The translations under genes and the position numbers were made by a program. Positions 18,090 to 24,543 of a stretch of DNA of 32,000 bases are shown here, in pieces. Under the pieces are notes generated by a model. It did not search any database. It saw only the letters and a program-made list of their open reading frames with translations, and had not been told where the DNA came from. Position 1 is the stretch's first letter. Each line of letters opens with the position of its first letter. Source of the DNA: Sulfobacillus acidophilus DSM 10332 (GTDB lineage Bacteria > Bacillota > Sulfobacillia > Sulfobacillales > Sulfobacillaceae); the NCBI GenBank assembly GCA_000237975.1, contig CP003179.1:2354270-2386269 (forward strand), in the 5' to 3' direction.

Positions 18090-18172
18090 CTTTTTTATTT
18101 TTAGGTATTGACAGACTAGTGTGATCTCTGAGACATTTAAAATGTAGTAATCCTATACGGTCACTCATCTAT
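18090..18172. promoter_or_regulatory. AT-rich divergent control region between the MFS gene and the sulfur-relay operon
   Basis: The most AT-rich stretch I noticed in the window. It holds a consensus TTGACA at 18108..18113 with no well-spaced -10. TGTGA-N6-AGACA lies at 18120..18135. A perfect inverted repeat ACATTT-a-AAATGT lies at 18133..18145. Confidence 0.4.
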
Positions 18173-19564
18173 GTGGGGGCGTTGGATATCATGGGCCTCG
18201 CCTATTGGATCAACGCCGCACCCCTATCCTTAGTCAGCGGATGGAGTTTTCTCGCCGCATTCAACCAACAGGAAAGACAGCACGGATATCCTTGGTGGAC
18301 ACGATCTGGACGATGGGCAGGCTGGAGTTTGCCTCTCATCGGGCTTTGGTGGATCGTGTGGGGTCTGCGGCACCCGATCCTGCTAACCGGAACAGCCAGG
18401 GCGGACCTCGCCGTTTTGTGGTTCGGCGAATTAAGCCTCGTCGGGTTGCGGAGGCCAGGCCGGTTCTCGGCCCTGTTCGCCGGAATCGTCGGTTTCCTGG
18501 CGCTTTTCGGTTTGAATCATCTGATGGCCCAGGGACTGTTGGCCCATCCCCTTCCCCTCAAGGGGGCTCCGAGCTATCCGATTCACGGATGGCCGACGGC
18601 CCTCTGGTTGACCGGCTGTGAAGCATCTGCCGCCGTCGCCGGCTTGAGTCTGGGAAGCCGGGCGGGGACAGAACAGCAGCTGGTGCGAGGTCTCCTCGCG
18701 CTGACGGGTACTGTCATCACGGGATTTTTCTTTACGAAATCCCTTATGGGCCCTTATTTACCGGCGTGGGCCAATTTAATGGACGGCTCCAGCCGCCACT
18801 GGTGGTATTGGATGGCCGACGGGGTCATGGGCTTATTTTGCTTCACCGGGCTACGGTTTTGGGCCCGGGGCCCCGGCGGTCGCGTCGCCGCCCTCGTCAC
18901 GAGCGCCGTACTCGTCGTCGGGCTGGTTTTGTTGGTCCATTGGGCAACCCGTGCCATGGTACCCGATTTTGCCACCCAAATGGGGCAGGCCGCCCTCCTG
19001 TTTGGCGTCCTCGGCGCCGTTATCGGCATCCTCGGGTCGGCGAATAGCCTTTGGCAAGCCGAACGGTTGCTGTTGGTAGGGGTGTCGGGTCTCTGGAGTA
19101 TCGCCTTAACGGGTGCTTTTCAGTCGTTGGCGATGAAAAACCATTGGGTGCCGCGACCGCCCATATCTCAGGTGCCGGCGACGACGGCGGCCGAGATTCA
19201 AGCCGGTCGGGAATTAGCCCAAAACCTGGGCTGTTATACCTGCCATGGGGTGAACGGCACCCAGGACCGCCCCAATCCGGGGGATCCCGGCCAATGGGTA
19301 TGGGCGTGGAATTCGGCGCCCTTTCACCATGTATTTGGCGGGCCTTCCGGTCGACAAAAACTCTGGACCTTATTGTGGAACGGTCAGTACGCGTACCGGA
19401 TGACATTTTACCCCTATCAACACAACTGGTCCGTCGCGTACGACACCATCGACAACCACTACAACGTCCCCGCGTGGAATGGCATTGTGACCGCTCAACA
19501 AATGCAGTGGCTGGTGAGTTATATCCAAAGTCTATCGGTCTCGCCGACCGGGAAAGGAAGGTAA
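18173..19564 (+). CDS. polytopic membrane protein fused to a C-terminal mono-haem c-type cytochrome domain
   Basis: About 10 hydrophobic helices over about 330 aa, followed by a soluble domain with haem motif CYTCH (19232..19246). The C-terminus is cytochrome-c-like (QQMQWLVSYIQSL). The start may be ATG 18191 instead of GTG 18173. Confidence 0.7.
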   Translation: MGALDIMGLAYWINAAPLSLVSGWSFLAAFNQQERQHGYPWWTRSGRWAGWSLPLIGLWWIVWGLRHPILLTGTARADLAVLWFGELSLVGLRRPGRFSALFAGIVGFLALFGLNHLMAQGLLAHPLPLKGAPSYPIHGWPTALWLTGCEASAAVAGLSLGSRAGTEQQLVRGLLALTGTVITGFFFTKSLMGPYLPAWANLMDGSSRHWWYWMADGVMGLFCFTGLRFWARGPGGRVAALVTSAVLVVGLVLLVHWATRAMVPDFATQMGQAALLFGVLGAVIGILGSANSLWQAERLLLVGVSGLWSIALTGAFQSLAMKNHWVPRPPISQVPATTAAEIQAGRELAQNLGCYTCHGVNGTQDRPNPGDPGQWVWAWNSAPFHHVFGGPSGRQKLWTLLWNGQYAYRMTFYPYQHNWSVAYDTIDNHYNVPAWNGIVTAQQMQWLVSYIQSLSVSPTGKGR

Positions 19565-19568
19565 CCGC

Positions 19569-19943
19569 GTGGCCCATCTGGTTGTGATGACCACCGACGC
19601 ACCCGAAAAGTGGGCGGATGCCGGCGAATTCGTCGTCCACTTCATCCTCGCCGCCCTTGCCGAAGGACATCGCGTCGACCTCTTGAGTGCCGGCGACGCG
19701 GTCCAAAGCCTCAGGCTTTCATCGCCGTGGTCCGATTTGGCCGTCGGTCGGCCAGACGGATTATTCCGCTGGCATGCCTGCGGGCATGCGTGTCATACCT
19801 CCGGTATCGCCGCCCCGGATTTGCCGCCGACCGCCGTGCTATCCAGCACCACCCAATTCGGTCAGCTCATGCGACAGGCCGACTGTACCGTCATTTTGGA
19901 ACCGGGGAGGATGGCGTCATGGACAACCGCATCGGGGTCGTGA
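19569..19943 (+). CDS. dsrE: DsrE/TusD-like sulfur-relay protein
   Basis: GTG 19569 lies 7 nt after GGAAAGGAAGG and 4 nt after the preceding stop. The DsrE-family N-terminus is HLVVMTTDAPEKW...ALAEGHRVDLL. A candidate active-site region is WHACGHACHTSGI. Confidence 0.65.
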   Translation: MAHLVVMTTDAPEKWADAGEFVVHFILAALAEGHRVDLLSAGDAVQSLRLSSPWSDLAVGRPDGLFRWHACGHACHTSGIAAPDLPPTAVLSSTTQFGQLMRQADCTVILEPGRMASWTTASGS

Positions 19944-20224
19944 TTCAACGCCCGCCGGACGATCGGCTGGCCGAACTCCTGCGCATCACCTTGGGCCTTT
20001 ATACCGCGGACGTGTTGGCCGGCGTCGTGGTTTGGGGACACGGTTGCGCAGTGTTTCAAGACGACCAAAACCCGGCGGCCCGGCAAATCTGCCGCTATTT
20101 GGAGGAACTGGTCGAGTGCGACGTGCCCGTGTATCAGACCGAAGGCTCCGGCCCGCTCGCGTCGATCAGCCCCCGAAAGGCCGCCGAGTGGCTGAAAGAC
20201 ATCCGCTGGGTCATTGTCCATTAA
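19919..20224 (+). CDS. dsrF: DsrF/TusC-like sulfur-relay protein
   Basis: ATG 19919 follows GGGGAGGA and overlaps the dsrE-like gene by 25 nt. The translation MDNRIGVVIQRPPDDRLAELLRITLGLYTADV..VVVWGHGCAVF fits the DsrE/F fold pattern. The upstream part of track ORF 19610..20224 is a GC artefact. Confidence 0.6.
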   Translation: MDNRIGVVIQRPPDDRLAELLRITLGLYTADVLAGVVVWGHGCAVFQDDQNPAARQICRYLEELVECDVPVYQTEGSGPLASISPRKAAEWLKDIRWVIVH

Positions 20225-20256
20225 ATGTCCCTAAAGGTAAAGGAGGCAGAGTTCAT

Positions 20257-20541
20257 ATGACCACGATTTTGGCTAGCCAGTGGGAGTCGCTGTTACCGGT
20301 GTTGGAACAGATCGTGGCCACCGAATCACATCACTCGGTCAACGTCATCTTGTATGGCGCCGCCTTATCCGCACCTGACCAGGCGTTGGCGGATTGGTCG
20401 CCGGACGGACTCTCGTCCGTGACCTTTTATTGCCCGCCGACGGGGTCGACATCCCGGCCCGATTTCGCGGTGACGGCGAGTTACCCAGAATTGGTGGCCT
20501 TGACCGTCAGCGCCGATCGCGTGATTTCCGTAACCGCTTAA
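20257..20541 (+). CDS. dsrH: DsrH/TusB-like sulfur-relay protein
   Basis: ATG 20257 follows AAAGGAGG. The 94-aa product has a layout like TusB: VNVILYGAAL, VTFYC, and YPELVALTVSADRVISV at the C-terminus. Confidence 0.6.
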   Translation: MTTILASQWESLLPVLEQIVATESHHSVNVILYGAALSAPDQALADWSPDGLSSVTFYCPPTGSTSRPDFAVTASYPELVALTVSADRVISVTA

Positions 20542-20571
20542 ATTCGAGAGAAAAGATTGGAGGGATGTTTC

Positions 20572-20835
20572 ATGCATGACGCTTCAACCCCTGTTCAAAA
20601 CTTGGCCCCTGACGAAGTGTTTGACGTCCGGGGCGAAACCTGCCCGTTTCCGGCGATGTATAGCCAACGGAAATTAAAAAAACTGCCGGCCGGCCGCGTC
20701 ATCGAAATACTCATTGACCATCCGCCCGCGGCGGAAGAAACCGTACCCGGCATCTGCGCCGAGAAAAACTGGCCCTACCATTCCGTCAAAGAAGACGGGT
20801 ATTGGCGGATTAAAGTGTTTAAAACCCATCCGTAA
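20572..20835 (+). CDS. tusA: TusA-family sulfurtransferase
   Basis: ATG 20572 lies 7 nt after GGAGGG. The diagnostic motif DVRGETCPFP (CPxP with the active Cys) is present. The size of about 87 aa fits the family. Confidence 0.85.
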   Translation: MHDASTPVQNLAPDEVFDVRGETCPFPAMYSQRKLKKLPAGRVIEILIDHPPAAEETVPGICAEKNWPYHSVKEDGYWRIKVFKTHP

Positions 20836-20853
20836 TCGAGAGGAGCACACTCC

Positions 20854-22113
20854 ATGACGATATTGGCCAATTTGCCGGCCATCACGCCCGGCTGGGTGTT
20901 GATCGGACTTTTCGTCCTGTTAGGTATTGGCTTTGGCATAATCCTGGAGCGAAGCCGCTTTTGCTTCACCACGGCTTTTCAAGAAACCATGGAATTTCGT
21001 AATCCGTGGATTTTACAAGCCGTCTTTCTCTGGATGGGCTTGTCGGCTTTGGTCGTTTCGGGCCTGACCGAATGGGGCGGCGTCCAGCCGCAATTGTTTA
21101 ATCAAGGGTGGTACACCGTGTTCGGCGGCTTTTTGTTCGGGACCGGCATGAGCATGTGTGGGGCGTGTGCCTCGGGTCAACTCTTCCGAGCCGGCTCCGG
21201 CTACGTCGCCAACTGGATGGAATTCATCGGAGCCGGATTCGGCGGCATCTTGTTCGCCCTCTGGTTCTACCCGGCCGTAGAACAGCGCGCGCTCGCGCAT
21301 TCGCAACCGCTGTCGTTACCGGCGACCCTCCACGTGCCGCCCATCGTCTGGGGGCTGGGCAGTGCCGTGTTATTTTTGGGTCTGGCGTGGCGCCTTCACC
21401 GGCGGGTTCCCCAACGGCGATCGGCCTCTTATCAGGAAAAAACCTTTCGCTTGTCGCTTCGGCATCCCTGGAATCCCTTAGCCGGCGCGATTTTGTTAAC
21501 CGTGTTATCCACCCTCTACCTCGTCCTTTCCTCCGGCACGTCCATGAGCATCAATACCCCCAACACGTTGACGATTGCCTGGTTAGTCAATTGGGTGACC
21601 AAACCGTTAGGGTACAATTTGGCCACGCACGGTTTTTTCGTGGAAGCCGACTATCACCATCACATTTATTCCCGGCTCTCCCCGCTGGCGCTAAACCAGA
21701 TATATGAACCGCATTTTGGCCATCATTTGGGCGATCTCGCCCTCGGCGTCTGGCTTTTCATCCCGCTTACGATTGTGGGGGCCTTCTTATCGTCCCGCAT
21801 CGCCGGGGAATTTAAATGGCGGATCCCCCAAAAGCGCAGCAAACTGCTCTGGTATTTAATTGGCGGGGTCATTATGGGCTTTGGCGCAGCCACCGCGCTG
21901 GGCTGCAATATCGGCGCCTGGACCGAAAGTTTCGCTGCCCGCTTTGACTTGTCCGGGCTCCTCTTCACCGTCGGCATGTTTCCCGGCGTCTGGTTCGGCA
22001 CCCGGCTGGATGAATGGGTGGCGGATCGGTTGTGGGGATTTGACCAACCGACCCCGGTCCTCCGTCCCCGACCCCGAGAAGCGATGCCCGCCCAAGCGGT
22101 CGAAGACCGTTAA
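20854..22113 (+). CDS. yeeE: YeeE/YedE-family sulfur-compound (thiosulfate-type) transporter
   Basis: Polytopic protein with the three family Cys-containing segments (ERSRFCFTTAF, MSMCGACASGQLF, ALGCNIGAW). It lies directly downstream of tusA, as in known YeeE/YeeD-type pairs. Confidence 0.8.
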   Translation: MTILANLPAITPGWVLIGLFVLLGIGFGIILERSRFCFTTAFQETMEFRNPWILQAVFLWMGLSALVVSGLTEWGGVQPQLFNQGWYTVFGGFLFGTGMSMCGACASGQLFRAGSGYVANWMEFIGAGFGGILFALWFYPAVEQRALAHSQPLSLPATLHVPPIVWGLGSAVLFLGLAWRLHRRVPQRRSASYQEKTFRLSLRHPWNPLAGAILLTVLSTLYLVLSSGTSMSINTPNTLTIAWLVNWVTKPLGYNLATHGFFVEADYHHHIYSRLSPLALNQIYEPHFGHHLGDLALGVWLFIPLTIVGAFLSSRIAGEFKWRIPQKRSKLLWYLIGGVIMGFGAATALGCNIGAWTESFAARFDLSGLLFTVGMFPGVWFGTRLDEWVADRLWGFDQPTPVLRPRPREAMPAQAVEDR

Positions 22114-22141
22114 GCATTCCACCCCAAGAGGAGGGTTTCCC

Positions 22142-22324
22142 ATGTCTGAGCTATGGACCGAACACCGGTCAGCACTCTGGTCCCTGTTTGTAGCCATCTT
22201 GTTATTGGCCGTTTTCATGGCCAAACCGCCGGTCAACGCCAGTACCGCCCCCACGACCCATCCGGCCCACAGCACGCCCGGTAAGGCAAGCACTCCCACC
22301 ATGGGTGTCGGCTGTGGCGGATAG
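22142..22324 (+). CDS. 60-aa membrane-anchored peptide with a Pro/Thr/Ser-rich linker and C-terminal GVGCGG
   Basis: ATG 22142 lies 6 nt after GAGGAGGG. One TM helix (ALWSLFVAILLLAVFMA) is present. The single Cys is third from the C-terminus. The ORF is embedded in a longer artefactual track ORF (21860..22324). Confidence 0.5.
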   Translation: MSELWTEHRSALWSLFVAILLLAVFMAKPPVNASTAPTTHPAHSTPGKASTPTMGVGCGG

Positions 22325-22350
22325 ATCTTTTAGAGAGGACGATTAATCGC

Positions 22351-23517
22351 ATGCGAGTTCCTGTACGGCTATCGGCCGTCGCCACCATCTTAGCCAGCCT
22401 GGCGGCCGGATGTGGCCAAACAACCACTCCGACAGCCACGACCGAACCGGCCGTGCATCCGGCACCGCCGTCCGACGGCTATGTCTTTGTCATGAACACC
22501 GGTTCGGACACGATTTCCGTGATCGACCCGAAAACCAATACGGTCATCAAAACCCTCAATGCCCAGGGCATGACCCTGTCCCCGTACCCGTCGGACCAAT
22601 ATGCCCCCGGATCGGGTTATGTTCTCTCGGGCTGGAAAAATACCTTATCCATTTTGAAGGTATCCGGCACGTCGGTTTCTCTGGTGAAAAACATCCCCTT
22701 ACCGACGAGTGTAACCACCAAAAACGGGACGCCGGTTCCCCAAACGGGCGTGTGGGGTGACATCACGCCGAGTGGCACCGGGGTTGTCGCGGTGCGCGAA
22801 GCCGAGAAATATCTCTTTTTGAACATGAATCCCCACAGCAAGACCTTTGGCCAAGTCGAATATTCCATTGATACGGCCCAGTTAGGTCCCCACGGGACCG
22901 GCATCGGGCCCTGAGACGTCTCCTTCTCCCCCGGTGGGGGACTTTGCTTTGTACCCTGTATCTACAGCAATCAGATTCAAGTGTTAAATGTGGCAAAACA
23001 CGAGGTGGTTTCGACGATCGCCAGCGCCGTGCCCAAACCGACCATGGATACCGTGTCGTGGAACGGTAAATATCTCATTGTGGAGGATACGGCCAATCTG
23101 GCCAATCAAGTCACCATCTATTCCTTGACCAACCCGGAAACGCCGGTCGCGCTAGCTACTTTGACGGCGGGCGTCGCTCCCAACACCGATCAAGTGGCTC
23201 CCAACAACCAATATACGTTTGAAATCTCGTCGGGTAACCCGAAAGCGCACATCAACGGGTCCGTCGAAGTCATTCAATTGTCGGACCATCCCTCCGTCAT
23301 CAAAACGATTGCCTTACCCGGATCCGGCGATACCGTGGGCACCTTTTCTCCGAACGGCCAGTACCTTTATGTCAATGTCCCCTCAATCAACAAGGTGGCG
23401 GTCATCTCGGTGTCGTCACAAAAGTTGGTCGACATGATATCCGTGGGCCAAGACCCGGGCGGACTCTTTACCAGTCATTACGATTGGGTTACGCGGCCAC
23501 CCGCCACGTCGAGTTAG
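22351..23517 (+). CDS. YVTN-type beta-propeller lipoprotein, one gene interrupted by an in-frame TGA at 22912..22914 (Sec/recoding candidate or pseudogene)
   Basis: Lipobox LAAGC and YVTN-like repeats (YVFVMNTGSDTISVIDPKTNTVIKTL; VGTFSPNGQYLYVNVPSINKVAVISV). Track ORFs 22351..22914 and 22981..23517 are in the same frame. The 66 nt between them encode a repeat-consistent DVSFSPGGGLCFVPCIYSNQIQVLNV. There is no SD before 22981. Confidence 0.7.
22912..22941 (+). other. in-frame UGA plus downstream GC hairpin (candidate SECIS-like/recoding element)
   Basis: UGA is followed 12 nt later by the hairpin UCCCCC-GGU-GGGGGA (22927..22941). The loop GGU occupies nt 22-24 counted from the U of UGA. Confidence 0.35.
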
Positions 23518-23528
23518 GGGGTGACGTC

Positions 23529-23615
23529 ATGACCCCTTTGATCGATGTAGCTCTCGGTGTCCTCGGTGCCGGATTGGTCATTTGGCAACTGCTCCTGAAA
23601 GACGTATTAAAATAG
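23529..23615 (+). CDS. 28-aa hydrophobic peptide (MTPLIDVALGVLGAGLVIWQLLLKDVLK)
   Basis: ATG 23529 lies 5 nt after GGGGGTG and 11 nt after the propeller stop. The stop is 3 nt before the terminator hairpin. Not in the ORF track because it is too short. Confidence 0.35.
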   Translation: MTPLIDVALGVLGAGLVIWQLLLKDVLK

Positions 23616-23618
23616 GCG

Positions 23619-23652
23619 AAAGGCCAGGTCTTCTTCGAGAAGGCCTGGCCTT
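23619..23652. terminator. bidirectional terminator hairpin between the sulfur operon and codY
   Basis: AAGGCCAGGTCTTC-TTCGA-GAAGGCCTGGCCTT forms a stem of about 14 bp. It sits between convergent genes ending at 23615 (+) and 23672 (-). Confidence 0.7.
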
Positions 23653-23671
23653 AACCTCTTCCCGGATCGGG

Positions 23672-24454
23672 TTACCGTTGCAACTTCTTGAGTTCCCCTA
23701 ACAACCGGTCGTTTAAGACCCGAATGTGGGTGCCTTTCATCCCGAGCGAACGGGACTCGATCACGCCGGCCGACTCAAATTTGCGTAGCGCGTTCACAAT
23801 CACCGACCGGGTAATGCCTACGCGATCCGCGACCTTGGACGCGACCAGGAGTCCTTCCGGTCCGCCAAGCTCTTCGAAAATGTGCTGAACCGCTTCCAGT
23901 TCCGAATAGGATAGGGTGTCGATAGCCACTTTCACGGCCGCTTTCTTCCGTGCTTCCATTTCCAGCTCATCGGATTTCGAGCGCAGGATCTCCATCGCCA
24001 CGACGGTCGCACCATACTCGGCCAAAATCAGGTCTTCATCGGTAAACTCCCGCCCAAACCGGGAAATGACCAATGTTCCCAAGCGATCGCCACCGCCGTT
24101 GACCGGCACGATGGTCGTCAATTTGTTTTCATAAAGACAAGGCTTATCATGGAAGAAGACACACTGCCGGGCTTGCTGCGACACATTCGGCAATGTCTCA
24201 TCCACCTTAAGAAGCCCTTGGTTATAGTTGGCGGGAAATACTTCCGGTTCAAGGACTTCACGCACCATGATGTTGCATTCGAATGAGTCCAGCAAAGAGT
24301 ACCCTAAAATCTTTCCACGCCGACTAACCACATACACGTTGGCCTGAATCAGTTCCCCTAAAATCTTGGCCATTTCCTCAAAGTTGACCGGATGACCGGC
24401 CGACCGCTGTAATAGGCGGTTAATCCGGCGCGTCTTGTCCAGCAACTGTTCCAC
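23672..24454 (-). CDS. codY: GTP/BCAA-sensing global transcriptional regulator CodY
   Basis: 260 aa with [16 protein letters not shown], a GAF-like N-domain and a C-terminal wHTH ([38 protein letters not shown]). GTG start lies 7 nt after GAGGAGGA. Position after hslU fits the conserved synteny. Confidence 0.95.
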   Translation of the reverse strand: MEQLLDKTRRINRLLQRSAGHPVNFEEMAKILGELIQANVYVVSRRGKILGYSLLDSFECNIMVREVLEPEVFPANYNQGLLKVDETLPNVSQQARQCVFFHDKPCLYENKLTTIVPVNGGGDRLGTLVISRFGREFTDEDLILAEYGATVVAMEILRSKSDELEMEARKKAAVKVAIDTLSYSELEAVQHIFEELGGPEGLLVASKVADRVGITRSVIVNALRKFESAGVIESRSLGMKGTHIRVLNDRLLGELKKLQR

Positions 24455-24499
24455 GACAAATTCCTCCTCATATCGACGTAAAACCGCGATTTCACCCCC

Positions 24500-24528
24500 A
24501 GTATACCACGAAAATGGGATAAAGTGAT
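24500..24528 (-). promoter_or_regulatory. possible internal promoter for codY (extended -10)
   Basis: The minus strand reads TGgTATACT (-10 at 24505..24500, TG at 24508..24507). A weak -35, ATCACT, lies 17 nt upstream at 24528..24523. Confidence 0.4.
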
Positions 24529-24543
24529 AACGACAAAAAAAAT

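Noticed and set aside
19610-20541. Long track ORFs 19610..20224 (204 aa) and 19687..20541 (284 aa), plus antisense ORFs 19020..19706 and 19862..20221
   Set aside because: The Arg/Pro-rich low-complexity translations are typical of off-frame reading in GC-rich DNA. Only the 3' portions, starting at SD-preceded ATGs 19919 and 20257, look like real DsrF- and DsrH-like proteins.
22912-22914. Genome-wide UGA reassignment as the explanation for the in-frame TGA
   Set aside because: Other well-supported genes in the window end with TGA at the expected place, for example 7063..7065, 8268..8270 and the trmFO stop at 27402..27404. UGA is therefore a normal stop codon here.
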